64,000 nucleotides of DNA. Origin: an uncultured Methanomassiliicoccales archaeon (GTDB lineage: Archaea; Thermoplasmatota; Thermoplasmata; Methanomassiliicoccales; UBA472). Of this stretch, positions 31,908-42,335 are shown one piece after another. The notes below the pieces were generated by a model that was not told the DNA's origin, ran no database searches, and saw nothing but the letters and a program-made list of their open reading frames with translations. Every line of letters begins with the position of its first letter. Positions within the stretch are counted from its first letter, which is position 1. The stretch is taken from the NCBI GenBank assembly GCA_963695345.1, contig OY968769.1, positions 1-64,000 of the forward strand. The letters are read 5' to 3'. The position numbers and the translations under genes were made by a program.

Positions 31908-32624
31908 TTAATCGGTCCGGTCCTCGGTCCAATCATACCTGATGTAGTCATTGCCCCTGAAAAGGTATCCCTTGCCAGAAAAGCCGCCGTATCCATCTAT
32001 CGCCGCGTCAAGTCCGTGCTTGAACTCGTCGGGAAGCATATGCCAGCCGTCAGCGATCTTCTTCGGATAGCCCAGGTCCGCGCGGTCGTTCACCCAGTCA
32101 AAACTTATGTAGGAATCGCCTTTGAAGAAATAGCATTTGCCCGCGAATCTTCCGCTACCGTTCAAAGCGGCATCGAAGTCGCTCTCGAACCCGGAGGGCA
32201 GGCCAGGCCAATTACCGGCCACCTTCTTCGGGCAGTCAGGGAACGCCCGATCCTCGGTCCAGCTGAACTTGACGTAGGAATCTCCCTTGAAGAAATAGCA
32301 GTTGCCCGCGAACGCCCCCTGGCCGTTGACGGCGGCGTCGATGTCGGAACAGAAATCGGACGGCATTCCCGGCCAGTTGCCCTCTATCTTCCTTGGATAT
32401 CCCGGGAGCGCCTTGTCTGCGCTCCAGTCATACTTGACATAAGAATCGCCTTTGAAGATGTAGCAATTGCCGGCGAATGGTCCGTCCCCGTTGAGAACGG
32501 CATCGAAGTCCCCCTCGAATCCTGCAGGCAGGCCGTGCCAATTGTCAGAGGTCCGCAGGACCGATCCGGCCTTCGTCATTCCCTTATTCGCCCCCGAACT
32601 TCCTCCGCCCGCCTTCAAAGCCAT
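31908..32624 (-). CDS. Hemopexin-repeat protein (4-bladed propeller)
   Basis: Four repeats DAAxNG...YFFKGDSYxxyDW...GYPxKI..nWpGlP. Confidence 0.9.
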   Translation of the reverse strand: MALKAGGGSSGANKGMTKAGSVLRTSDNWHGLPAGFEGDFDAVLNGDGPFAGNCYIFKGDSYVKYDWSADKALPGYPRKIEGNWPGMPSDFCSDIDAAVNGQGAFAGNCYFFKGDSYVKFSWTEDRAFPDCPKKVAGNWPGLPSGFESDFDAALNGSGRFAGKCYFFKGDSYISFDWVNDRADLGYPKKIADGWHMLPDEFKHGLDAAIDGYGGFSGKGYLFRGNDYIRYDWTEDRTD

Positions 32625-32815
32625 TTCACCAATCTCCCGCAGAACGAGTTGGGACGGGGAATGCTCCTGTTTTCTATATGGCGTTGTCGGAGGACGGTCG
32701 GTCAGAATGGGATCTTTCCAGCGATCTACCCTTGGCGGTCATTGTCCCGCGAGACTGGTCAGCGATGAATCCAAACGGTTTATTAGGAGTGCCGGCTCTA
32801 ACGGTCGGCAAGGAC

Positions 32816-33157
32816 ATGACCGAAGGGAACGAAGACCTTGACATTCTGAGCCACGGTATCCCCCGGATCGCCAAAGGCCTCGCGGTCAGATACGCCAAGG
32901 TGCCCGGGGTCCACATCATTGTCAGGAGGGACCGGTGCACGGGGTGCGGTGCCTGCGTGAAGAAGGGGTTCTGTCGATTTAGGGCGATATCGGTGATGGA
33001 ACGGGTGGCGACGATAGACGAGCGGCGCTGCCGCGGTTGTGCCAGATGCACTCACCTTTGTCCCCGTGATGCCTTGGCCATAGAGGTCCGCCCGCATCCC
33101 ATTGTGCGGAGCGCGCTTAACCGCATCGACAACCGGATCACCAGGATCCTGAAGTGA
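32816..33157 (+). CDS. 2x[4Fe-4S] ferredoxin-domain protein
   Basis: CTGCGACVKKGFC and CRGCARCTHLCP. Confidence 0.85.
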   Translation: MTEGNEDLDILSHGIPRIAKGLAVRYAKVPGVHIIVRRDRCTGCGACVKKGFCRFRAISVMERVATIDERRCRGCARCTHLCPRDALAIEVRPHPIVRSALNRIDNRITRILK

Positions 33158-33178
33158 GGACGGGGCGTTCCCGAAGAA

Positions 33179-34621
33179 TCATTCTATCCGCGCCTTTGAG
33201 CTCGGCCATATCATATCGACGAACCGTACGATGGTCATCAGGGTTACGAACAGGTCGATGGCCAATAGAACCACGAAATAGTTCATGGTGGTGGTGAGGA
33301 CCGGCCTGTCGATCGATATGGCAAAGTCGTTGGTCATCACCATAACGCTACCGTCGTCTCTCAGATGACCGGCGATGACCCTTGAATCCAGGCGATACTT
33401 CCAGGTCTGTACCCCGTTACCGTCGAGCTTGATGATGAGGGAACCTTCCGCCATCAGCAGTCCGCAGTCCCCGTCGTCGTCCAATATCCGGTTATTGGGG
33501 AAGGAATCGAGCACATGGCCGGAGTTCAGGAGAACGCTTCCGTTCACGCCGAGCTTCACCAATTCTCCATTGATGAGGAAGAGGGAAGCCTCGTCGCTCA
33601 TCGCCAGCGGCCCATTGGTCCACCCTTCCATCTCTTTCAGGTAGTTCAGTGTCCCGGAGGAGGCGTTTACCGAGGTTATGCGACTGGCCATATGGGAGGG
33701 GTATCCCCAAGGCTGATCCTCGTAGACCTCCAGATAGAACACCGAATTGTGAGGCCCTATCGTCCCGGGGAATGCTCCATTCTCATTCTGGATCGCCCAT
33801 ATGATCGATCCGCCGCTATCCAATCCGACCTCGGTCTGGGTATCATTGGTGACGATGAGCAATTGAACGGTATCGTTCCCAAGGACGAACGGGCCTTTAC
33901 AGGTGCCGAGGCTGCCTGTCACGTTGAGGAGGTCCTTCTCCCAAATGACTGAACCCTCGCTGGATATCGAGACCAGGCGGTCATATGTTGAGACCCAGCC
34001 GCCTTCCGGACGTACCGTGTTGTTCCACTCGATGGTGGTTTCCCGGACCAGACATGTGCCGTCCGCTAGTACGACCGGGATAGATCCGGTCATATCGCCC
34101 TGTGAGGGGACGTACTGCCAAATGAGCCGGCCGTCCGGGGCCAGGCATGCCAGGGTCGAATTCGAACCGGGATTCTCCATGAAATAGATGTTGCCGTCCG
34201 CTCCGATCTGCACCGTATACAGCGACCGTTCCGCCTCGAAATTCCAATTAAGCGACCCGTTGGAATACAGGCAGGTGATGGAATCGTTGCTGTTCGCCCT
34301 TTGTTCGATGAAGTATACCCGGCCGTCCGAGCCGGTCGATAGGTCACGGCAACGCGGGGCGTCGTACTCCCATTTCACCGTGCCGTTCCGGTCGATCTCC
34401 CGGATGAGATCGCCGTTCTCCAGGACGATGATCGACCCGTCTAGGGCCACGAGCATCATGCCAAAACCAGTGGTCAGAGGGACCTTCCACTGCACATCCA
34501 AACCTCCGGCCCGGGCATCGGCGGCAAGAAGATAATTTCCCAGCATCGATGAGAGCAACAGGAAAATGGCAAGAGCCACTGCCGACAATATCATCCGACG
34601 TTTGTTCGAACCGTGGCCCAT
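33179..34621 (-). CDS. PQQ-like beta-propeller surface protein
   Basis: Signal peptide, repeated (D/N)GxxxW motifs, C-terminal TM. Confidence 0.8.
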   Translation of the reverse strand: MGHGSNKRRMILSAVALAIFLLLSSMLGNYLLAADARAGGLDVQWKVPLTTGFGMMLVALDGSIIVLENGDLIREIDRNGTVKWEYDAPRCRDLSTGSDGRVYFIEQRANSNDSITCLYSNGSLNWNFEAERSLYTVQIGADGNIYFMENPGSNSTLACLAPDGRLIWQYVPSQGDMTGSIPVVLADGTCLVRETTIEWNNTVRPEGGWVSTYDRLVSISSEGSVIWEKDLLNVTGSLGTCKGPFVLGNDTVQLLIVTNDTQTEVGLDSGGSIIWAIQNENGAFPGTIGPHNSVFYLEVYEDQPWGYPSHMASRITSVNASSGTLNYLKEMEGWTNGPLAMSDEASLFLINGELVKLGVNGSVLLNSGHVLDSFPNNRILDDDGDCGLLMAEGSLIIKLDGNGVQTWKYRLDSRVIAGHLRDDGSVMVMTNDFAISIDRPVLTTTMNYFVVLLAIDLFVTLMTIVRFVDMIWPSSKARIE

Positions 34622-34816
34622 AGTATTCCCAATCGCAAATGTTAGTCCAGATTATTTAACCGGCCAGCCTAGATTATCGATATTAGAAACCAGAGACTGT
34701 GCGATGAAAAATGAATGGTGTGGATCAGAGAAGAGACATGATGGGCATATGGACCTTGAAAATAGATTGCATCAACCAGATTTCTGTATCAAAATCCCGG
34801 TTGGTCATGAGGCTTT

Positions 34817-35140
34817 ATGAGGAAGGAGACGGCATCCGGTGACCGGGTATTCATGTCTCCGCACAAGAAAATCGATGATACCTCCGAAGTTCAAGGTTGT
34901 TACATTTGCGGCCGCAGTGCCGACCAGATCTGCAGGCTCATGGGAGTGGAATCGGTGGATGGATACGAGTTCCGTACCCTCTATATCAAAGAAGGGGGCG
35001 GCCTCGCCGACTCGAAGGTCGTCGAACGCAAGTTGGTCAACCTTCGTGATTCTGAGAGGAAACCGGTCAACCATACTAAGATCGAAGTTATCGTCTGCCC
35101 CATCTGCAAGACGCTGATCGGTTCCCTGGCACAGCGCTGA
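34817..35140 (+). CDS. Hypothetical zinc-binding protein
   Basis: CYIC ... CPIC. Confidence 0.6.
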   Translation: MRKETASGDRVFMSPHKKIDDTSEVQGCYICGRSADQICRLMGVESVDGYEFRTLYIKEGGGLADSKVVERKLVNLRDSERKPVNHTKIEVIVCPICKTLIGSLAQR

Positions 35141-35202
35141 ACAAACGAACCAGAGGTGCACGGTGATCCAGATCACGTACCCTGCCATGAACCGGTCGAT
35201 GA

Positions 35203-35676
35203 TCACAGCAGATTCTTGAAATTCTCTTCCTTGAGGCGAACCATGCTCCATTCGGTGTGGACCGTGGCGCCGCAGCTTTGATAGAAACCTATCGCCTTCG
35301 AGTTCCAATCGAGCACGTTCCAGTCCATCCTGCCGCATCCGCGGCGTTTGGCCTCAGTCGCGCAGAAAGCCAACAACTTGCGGCCGATGCCATGCCTGCG
35401 GAAACGCTCCACCACATAGATGTCCTCGATGAATAGGGAAGGCTTGGCGAGCAGGGTGGAGTAGGTGAAGAAATAGAACACGTATCCCACTCGTTCCTGT
35501 CCGCTATAGGCGATGTAGGCGTGGAAATAGGGAGTATCGGACGCCACGTCATTCCGCAGCCGTTCGACCGACTCATCCGACGGCGGTTCCAGATGCTCGA
35601 AGATGGCGAGCTCGGTGATCATCTCTGCCAGATCGTCGACGTTCTTCAGGTCGACCTTAGCCATGGTGATTTCCAT
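35203..35676 (-). CDS. GNAT N-acetyltransferase (SSAT-like)
   Basis: ELAIFEHL, YSTL, FIEDIYV..FRRHGIG, VLDWN..AIGFYQSCG. Confidence 0.92.
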   Translation of the reverse strand: MEITMAKVDLKNVDDLAEMITELAIFEHLEPPSDESVERLRNDVASDTPYFHAYIAYSGQERVGYVFYFFTYSTLLAKPSLFIEDIYVVERFRRHGIGRKLLAFCATEAKRRGCGRMDWNVLDWNSKAIGFYQSCGATVHTEWSMVRLKEENFKNLL

Positions 35677-35851
35677 TGAAATTACTCCCTCATTATTGTG
35701 TTCGTGCGAAATGCACATTCATAGTTAACGTTAGCGCCTTATCAGGACGACAAGGTGACGCGATCCCATCCCAACAGATCTCCGAAATGACACTTGACCG
35801 GCACAATGGTTAAGGGTTGTGTTTACCTTATGCGATGAAGGAAGACGCACC

Positions 35852-36274
35852 ATGGACCTAGACACGTTAAAGCTCCCGGAAGAGGTCCGGGAAAGGCTCC
35901 GCGGTATCAACAACGCCCCTTTCATCCGCACCTTCGGGATCGAACTGGAAAGCATCACCGAGGATGGCGAGGTCAGGGTGACCATGGATGTCAGTGACAA
36001 GCACAACGCGTTGGGTACCGCCCACGGGGGAGCCGTCTTCACGCTGGCGGACCAGGCGTTCGCGGTGGTATCGAACCTCGGACCGGAGGTTCAGGTGGCC
36101 ATGTTCGCAAGCATGACCTTCATAAGGCCTGCCCGGGGAATGCTGGTGGCCGTGGCCAATAAGATCGGCGAGACCAAGCAGACATCGGTCTATGAGGTGA
36201 AGGTCTTTGAAAAGGGCGAACTCGTGGCGGTCTTCCAGGGCAATGGATACAAATTAAAGGACCGCAGCCGTTAG
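35852..36274 (+). CDS. PaaI-family hotdog thioesterase
   Basis: NALGTAHGGAVFTLADQAF. Confidence 0.9.
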   Translation: MDLDTLKLPEEVRERLRGINNAPFIRTFGIELESITEDGEVRVTMDVSDKHNALGTAHGGAVFTLADQAFAVVSNLGPEVQVAMFASMTFIRPARGMLVAVANKIGETKQTSVYEVKVFEKGELVAVFQGNGYKLKDRSR

Positions 36275-36286
36275 TCATTCGGTGCG

Positions 36287-36813
36287 ATGTCCCTTTATGC
36301 GGTCTTCTCAGGGCGGTCAACGTTGGCGGACGCTCGACCGTAAGGATGAACGAGCTGGTCGAGAACCTGACCAGGTCGGGGCTTGAGGATCTGATAAGCT
36401 TCCGACAGAGCGGAAACCTGCTCCTAGGTTCCTCGACTAGGGACGCCAGGGCGATCATGCAGATGGTCACAGGAATCCTGCAACGGCTGAATGGGATCAA
36501 GACTGAAGTGTTCGTGGTCCCAATGGCGAATAGGCGCCCCTGGTGGATGCCTCTCCTTTTGAAGGTCAACTTGCGGAGGGAGATCGAGGCTTCGCCACAT
36601 TCATCTCCCGTACCGCGGATCGTCCCGGAGTTACCGACATCGATGCAAGAGGGCATCGTCATGATCGGAATTCTCGATGACATGGTCCTTTCGATCGTCA
36701 GGAAGGATGTGGGCTCCGGACCCTTGAACGATCTGTTGGAGAAAAAATTAGGCGTCATCGCCACGACCAGGAACTGGTCCACTGTGACGGGGCTCGTGGA
36801 AAAGGATAGATGA
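36287..36813 (+). CDS. DUF1697 family protein (frameshift near 36306; possibly decaying)
   Basis: LRAVNVGG..VRMNEL, QSGNLL, LEKKLGVIATTRNWSTV; ATG 36287 is one base out of frame. Confidence 0.75.
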
Positions 36814-36972
36814 ACTAACCCGACGTCAGACAGAATAAGCGTTTACTCATGGTCAAGTATGGACCTGTGAGAATTGTAAAAATGGGGGGAGCATACCGCT
36901 CACCGCACCCCCTTCCGGCGGGACCTTCCATGGAGGTTGTGGGGGATCCCATCCGGCACCATCCGCGCTTTG

Positions 36973-37347
36973 TTACTTGTTGCCCCGGGGTTTGAATTTG
37001 ACGTTATAGGCCTCGTCGAGGGTGACCTCGTTCATCATGTCCTTCATGTCCGCCTCGCTCCACGTCACGTCCGGGTGGCTCTGTTCGCGGTGGATGATCA
37101 TGTGGCGCATCAGGTTCTCGTTCTTCGAGTCCGGGTCCATGGCACTCCATCCGCAGATCGTGCACTGGATCTTGGTCCCGAAATAGAAGTCCTTCATCAT
37201 GCTTTTCAGGTCTTCCTCGGTCCATCTCATGTTCTCGTGGTGCTCATCCCGATGAATGATCAGATGCTGCATCATGTTCTCCTGACCCTTGACACTCTGG
37301 ACTGTCCAGCCGCATTCTGGACAGGTGAATCTTTTGGCGTAAACCAT
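36973..37347 (-). CDS. Tandem-duplicated C2H2-like metal-binding protein (DUF1059-like)
   Basis: Two repeats C..CGW......ENxMxHxIIHRxxxH...WxExDxK. Confidence 0.75.
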   Translation of the reverse strand: MVYAKRFTCPECGWTVQSVKGQENMMQHLIIHRDEHHENMRWTEEDLKSMMKDFYFGTKIQCTICGWSAMDPDSKNENLMRHMIIHREQSHPDVTWSEADMKDMMNEVTLDEAYNVKFKPRGNK

Positions 37348-37510
37348 ATTGATCGAAAAGAATTTTGGAGCTAGTACTATATATCGTTTCTTGTAAAGAC
37401 GAAATATATGCGATGACCGATGTGGTCCGATCGAGGATCTAACCCTGACCAAATCCGGCATTTTCGCCTTGGAGATCCTTGGCCTAGCTGGGTTGTCGAT
37501 CCCGCGGCTT

Positions 37511-38683
37511 TCAGGCCTGCTTCATCTTGCAGAGGTCACCGCAGGCCCGGTCCAGCACATCATCCTTCTTCGCGAAACAGAAACGGACCAGTCCTTCGCC
37601 GGCGTCGTCGTGATAGAACGCCTTCCCCGGAACGCTGGCTATTCCGGTCCTGCGGAGGATGTTCATGGCCTTTTCCTTGCTGTCGGTGCCGGGGAGGCCG
37701 CTCACGTTCGCCAGCACGTAATAGGATCCCTCAGGAACATATGGCTCCAGGCCGACGTCGCTCAAGGTGTCGCATATCTGCTTCCTCTTCTCCTGGTATG
37801 AGCCGCAGACGCCCTCATAGTATGAGGAAGGCAGCGAGGCTATTCCCTTGGCCACCCCCACCTGGAGAGGGGACGGGGCACAGACGTACACCAGGTCGTT
37901 GACGTAGCCGATCATCCTGGCCCATTCCTCCTGCGCCACGCAATAACCGATGCGCCACCCGGTGATGCTGAACGTCTTCGAGTAGCCGGAGATGGTGATG
38001 GTGCGGTCGGCTATCTTTGGAAGGGACCCGGGCGAGATGTGCTTCCTCCCGTCGTAGACGAAGTACTCATAGATCTCATCCGTGAAGATGAAGATGTCCT
38101 TCTCCACCGCGAAATCGGCCAGCTGTCCAATCTCCTCCCGTGTGAACACCTTTCCGGAGGGGTTTCCGGGGGTGTTGACGATCACTGCCCTGGTGCGGTC
38201 GGTGATCAATGGCTCGAGCAGATCGGTGCTGAAATGCCAATCCGGCGGGTCCAGACGGGCAAAGACCGGGACGACGCCGACCGCCAACAGGGTGTTGACA
38301 TGGTACCCGTAGTAGGGCTCGATGACGATCACCTCGTCACCGGGATTGAGCAGGGCCATGCAGGTGCAGTAGAACGCCCCTGTCGCACCGGCGGAGACGA
38401 TGATGTTCTTCTCCGGGTCGGCCTCGATGCCGTTGTAGCTGGATATCTTATTGGCGAGTGCCTCACGGATTATCGGCAAGCCGTCGTAGCGGGTGTAGAG
38501 GTTGAATCCATCCCTCATGCCCTGGGCGGCGCCGTTGATGACCTGAGCGGGAACCTCCAGATCGCAGACGCCCTGGGCCAGGTTGATACCTTTGATCCGG
38601 TTGCATTCGATCGTCATGTTGCGGATCTCTGACTGGACGATGAGCTTGGACCGTTCGCTGACTCTCAGATTCATCCTGCACAC
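37511..38683 (-). CDS. Class I/II PLP aminotransferase
   Basis: INLAQG, NTPGNPSGK, DEIYE, SGYSKTFSITGWRIGY, RFCF. Confidence 0.95.
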   Translation of the reverse strand: MCRMNLRVSERSKLIVQSEIRNMTIECNRIKGINLAQGVCDLEVPAQVINGAAQGMRDGFNLYTRYDGLPIIREALANKISSYNGIEADPEKNIIVSAGATGAFYCTCMALLNPGDEVIVIEPYYGYHVNTLLAVGVVPVFARLDPPDWHFSTDLLEPLITDRTRAVIVNTPGNPSGKVFTREEIGQLADFAVEKDIFIFTDEIYEYFVYDGRKHISPGSLPKIADRTITISGYSKTFSITGWRIGYCVAQEEWARMIGYVNDLVYVCAPSPLQVGVAKGIASLPSSYYEGVCGSYQEKRKQICDTLSDVGLEPYVPEGSYYVLANVSGLPGTDSKEKAMNILRRTGIASVPGKAFYHDDAGEGLVRFCFAKKDDVLDRACGDLCKMKQA

Positions 38684-38780
38684 TCGACCTCAGATTGACC
38701 GAATCGATATTAAATGGATTTCGACCGCTTTTAGAAACCAACAATAACCCTTGAAGGAAATCGCAGGACGCCCTGACCGT

Positions 38781-39407
38781 TCACTTTCTTTGTTGGTAGA
38801 TCAGCGATCGCATCTCGGCCGTCGCTTTTACGATGTCCTTCTGGCCGACGATCGCGGAGATGACCGCCACCCCGTCCGCCCCGGCGTCCATCACCTGGCG
38901 GACGTTGTTCTTGTCTATCCCGCCAATGGCGATGACCGGTATCGAGACCGCCGACTTGATCTCCTTCAGCCTTTCCAGGCCTTTTCCGGGACCGGCGTCG
39001 GATTTGGTGGCGGTGTCGAAGATGGGGCTGAGAGCGATGTAATCGGCCCCTTCGGACTCCGCAATCAAGGCCTCCTGGACGCTCCTCACCGAGGTTCCGA
39101 TGATGAAACCTCTGGGCGTTATCCTCCTGGCGAACGGTACCGGCAGGTCCTCCTGTCCCAGGTGAACACCGTCTGCGCCGCTAGCCAACGCCAGGTCCAA
39201 GCGGTCGTTGACGATGAACGTGATGCCGTAGGAACGGGCTATCTTGCCAATCTCCAGGGCGATCGAAAGCAGGTCCTTCTCGGTGCGTGCCTTGTCCCTC
39301 AGCTGGATGACGTCCGCCCCGCCCTCCGCGACCTTCCTGGCGATGTCCACATGGCTGATCCCGTGAGATGCTCCCTCGTCGGTGATCACGTACAGGCCGA
39401 GCTTCAT
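38781..39407 (-). CDS. thiE: Thiamine-phosphate synthase
   Basis: LYVIT, QLRDK, IVNDRLDLA, GVHLGQED, TATK, AIGGI. Confidence 0.96.
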   Translation of the reverse strand: MKLGLYVITDEGASHGISHVDIARKVAEGGADVIQLRDKARTEKDLLSIALEIGKIARSYGITFIVNDRLDLALASGADGVHLGQEDLPVPFARRITPRGFIIGTSVRSVQEALIAESEGADYIALSPIFDTATKSDAGPGKGLERLKEIKSAVSIPVIAIGGIDKNNVRQVMDAGADGVAVISAIVGQKDIVKATAEMRSLIYQQRK

Positions 39408-40208
39408 CTAAGCCAGCCTCACTCTCGATCTTGTCCTCAGGACCTCGGGTGTCAATGCGGCCGTCTCGTCCAACAGGGCGACCTTGAAGGAGGATGGTGC
39501 GGAGGACTTCATGGCTGCCAGCTCACCGGCGATACCGAAAGCGGCCAGGGCGGCGACGGAACCGATGGTCGGATCCTGGGAAACGGCGGCGAAGGACGCG
39601 ACGATGGACGTCGCCATGCATCCAGTGCCGGAGATCCTCCCCATCAGCTCATGGCCGTTGTCGATCTGGTAGGCCGTTCTCCCGTTGCTCACGATGTCCG
39701 TCTCCCCGCTCATGATGACGATGCTTCCCGACGTTCTCGCCAGCTCTCCCGCGATTACCAGAGGGTCCCCGGTGATGCCTTCCGAGTCGACCCCCCGGAC
39801 GATGCCCCCGGTGCCGGCCAGCACTCCGATCTCCCCGGCGTTCCCCTTGATTATCGAGATCTTCAGCCGGTCCATGAGGATGCGCACGGTCTCTGTCCGG
39901 TATTTCGTGGCCCCGGCGCCCACCGGGTCGAGCACGATCGGTATGTTCTGCTCATTGGCCTTCTTACCAGCGAGCAGCATCGAATCCACCTGGCGGTCAT
40001 TGAGGGTGCCTATGTTCAAGACCAGGGAGCTGGCCATCGAGACCATTTCCTCGACCTCTTCCGGCGCATCCGCCATCACCGGGGAGCCGCCGATGCACAG
40101 GGTGATGTTGGCGCAATCGTTTACGGTGACGTAGTTGGTGATATGATGAATGAGGGGGCGCTTGCTCCTCAACGAGATGAACGCGTCGGATAGTTGCTGG
40201 TTCAACAT
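39408..40208 (-). CDS. thiM: Hydroxyethylthiazole kinase
   Basis: [36 protein letters not shown]. Confidence 0.96.
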   Translation of the reverse strand: MLNQQLSDAFISLRSKRPLIHHITNYVTVNDCANITLCIGGSPVMADAPEEVEEMVSMASSLVLNIGTLNDRQVDSMLLAGKKANEQNIPIVLDPVGAGATKYRTETVRILMDRLKISIIKGNAGEIGVLAGTGGIVRGVDSEGITGDPLVIAGELARTSGSIVIMSGETDIVSNGRTAYQIDNGHELMGRISGTGCMATSIVASFAAVSQDPTIGSVAALAAFGIAGELAAMKSSAPSSFKVALLDETAALTPEVLRTRSRVRLA

Positions 40209-40495
40209 TGTATTGCCTCCGTTGACGGCATGCCACCATATTCATAGACTTATTTCAACCATGTTGAGAATGGCCCGCGACCCTCGCCCGATCTCGGATA
40301 ACTAGCTCGATAATACCTGTACGAAAGGAACATACCGGATGTTGAGAAGGACCACCAACCCCCGATGTTATCGGTCCCTATCATGAGGTGTAACAAATCA
40401 TCATCCCTTCTGAGCATTCTCAGACGGTGCTGGATTTTGGCGATTGTCATCGGGAACGACATCATTATGTGCTTGCAAAGCACAATCTGGGATGG

Positions 40496-41533
40496 ATGGA
40501 GCTCGTACTTTTCGTGTTCGCCATGGCGGCCATAGCGCTCGCGCTGGCGTTCTCGTTCACCAATGGTTTCCACGATGCCAGTTCCACCGTTGCTACCCTG
40601 ATCTCCTGCGGGGCGGCCTCTCCACGGAGGGCGGTCATTTTGTCCGCTGCCTGGGGATTCGCCGGGGCCATGCTGGGGGGGACCGCCGTCGCCTTCACCA
40701 TGCTGGGCCTGCTGTCGATACCTTTGGGGACCACCCTCGTCTACGTGATCTTCGCCGCCCTCGTCGGGGCGGTCGCCTGGAACCTCATCACCTGGATCTG
40801 GGGAATACCGTCGTCCTCGACCCACGCATTGGTGGGAGGGCTCATCGGTGCGGGGATCGCCGCCGCGGGCCTGGACAAGGTGAACTGGGGGCTGGAGGAG
40901 CTCCTGTCCGCCGGACATCTGGTCGGCATAACCAAAGTGGTCATCTTCCTTTTCCTTTCCGTCGGGATAGGGTTCATCGGAGGATTCCTGGTGATGAAGG
41001 CCACCAAGGTCCTGCTCCGGAACGCCAAGCGGAGGATCAACCGGCCCCTGATGGCCTCCCAATACCTGACCTCGGGATTGCTTTCGTTCAGCCACGGCGC
41101 CAACGACGCCCAGAAGGCCATGGGCATGATGATACTGGTCATCGCCTCGGTGGGATGGGCCCCGGACACCAGCATCCCGCTCTGGGTGATGCTGGCCAGC
41201 GCGATCGCCATGACGGTCGGCACGCTGGGAGGGGGGTGGAAGATCATGAGGACCCTGGGACGCCGGATATTCCGCATACGTCCGATCCACAGCTTCGATT
41301 CGCAGGTGGCATCGACATCGGCGATCCTGCTGTCGACCGCCGCCGGAGCGCCGGTATCGTCCACCCACGCGGTAGCCTCAAGCATCATAGGAGTGGGAGC
41401 GGCGGACAATTCCAAGATGGTGCAATGGGCGGTGGGGAAGGACATGATGGTCTCATGGCTGCTGACGATGCCCCTGACCGCCATTGTCTCTGGACTCATC
41501 TATATCATATTGAAGGGCAGTTTGAACATCTGA
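40496..41533 (+). CDS. Inorganic phosphate transporter (PiT family)
   Basis: NGFHDA, PSSSTHALVGG, HGANDAQK, PVSSTH. Confidence 0.95.
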   Translation: MELVLFVFAMAAIALALAFSFTNGFHDASSTVATLISCGAASPRRAVILSAAWGFAGAMLGGTAVAFTMLGLLSIPLGTTLVYVIFAALVGAVAWNLITWIWGIPSSSTHALVGGLIGAGIAAAGLDKVNWGLEELLSAGHLVGITKVVIFLFLSVGIGFIGGFLVMKATKVLLRNAKRRINRPLMASQYLTSGLLSFSHGANDAQKAMGMMILVIASVGWAPDTSIPLWVMLASAIAMTVGTLGGGWKIMRTLGRRIFRIRPIHSFDSQVASTSAILLSTAAGAPVSSTHAVASSIIGVGAADNSKMVQWAVGKDMMVSWLLTMPLTAIVSGLIYIILKGSLNI

Positions 41534-41542
41534 GGGGATGGC

Positions 41543-42196
41543 ATGGAACGATCATCTGACAATGACAAGGAAGGCAAGCGCCGAAGCATTCTGGACCTGG
41601 TGTTCCCCACCAACCACGATTTCTACGGGATGTTGGAACAGCAGGCCGACCAGACCGCGGTCGGGGTCAAGACCCTGATCGCATGGCTGGAATCAGGGGC
41701 GAGTTCCGACCCGATCGACCTGATCCGGGAGGAGGACAAGGGGGACCGGTTGAGGCTGGAAATGGAACGCACGCTCCAGGAGGCGTTCTCCACCCCGTTC
41801 GACCGGCAGGACATCTACACCATATCCAGGCAGATGGACCATATCCTGAACTTCTCCATGTCGACCGCCTACGAGATGAGGGCCTTCGGTGTGGTCCCCG
41901 ACGAGGCCACCATGAGCATGGCCAGGTCACTGCTAAACGGGACCGAGCTGGTCTACAGATGCGTGTCCCTGCTGAAGGACAGCCCCATGGAGGCGGCCAA
42001 CCTCATCCGGAGGCTGCGGGAGTACGAGCATGACATCGAGAAGACCTACGTCAGGAACATGGCATTGGTCTTTGCCAAGGATGACCCCATCATGGCGATG
42101 AAGAAGCGGGAGATCTATCATCACCTGAAGGACGCGGGAAGGAACATGAGCATAACGGTCGACGTCCTGCACCGCATCATCGTCGGACTGTCCTAG
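41543..42196 (+). CDS. DUF47 phosphate transport regulator
   Basis: E..GD.LR...L..AFSTPFDRQDIY; follows the PiT gene. Confidence 0.92.
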   Translation: MERSSDNDKEGKRRSILDLVFPTNHDFYGMLEQQADQTAVGVKTLIAWLESGASSDPIDLIREEDKGDRLRLEMERTLQEAFSTPFDRQDIYTISRQMDHILNFSMSTAYEMRAFGVVPDEATMSMARSLLNGTELVYRCVSLLKDSPMEAANLIRRLREYEHDIEKTYVRNMALVFAKDDPIMAMKKREIYHHLKDAGRNMSITVDVLHRIIVGLS

Positions 42197-42335
42197 GCAT
42201 GATCGCCGCGGGACAATATGGCTGTCCCGTACCAGGACTCCCTGAAAAAAAGCATCGTCCGGTCGGAATCGTAACTATCTAGGTCAAGGGTTTAGATATC
42301 GCGTTCTTCCATCCTAAGAGGGCTGGTCTGGATGA

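Noticed and set aside
40209-40495. TPP riboswitch upstream of thiM
   Set aside because: The CTGAGA...CCTGA...GGGA core could not be assembled on the minus strand.
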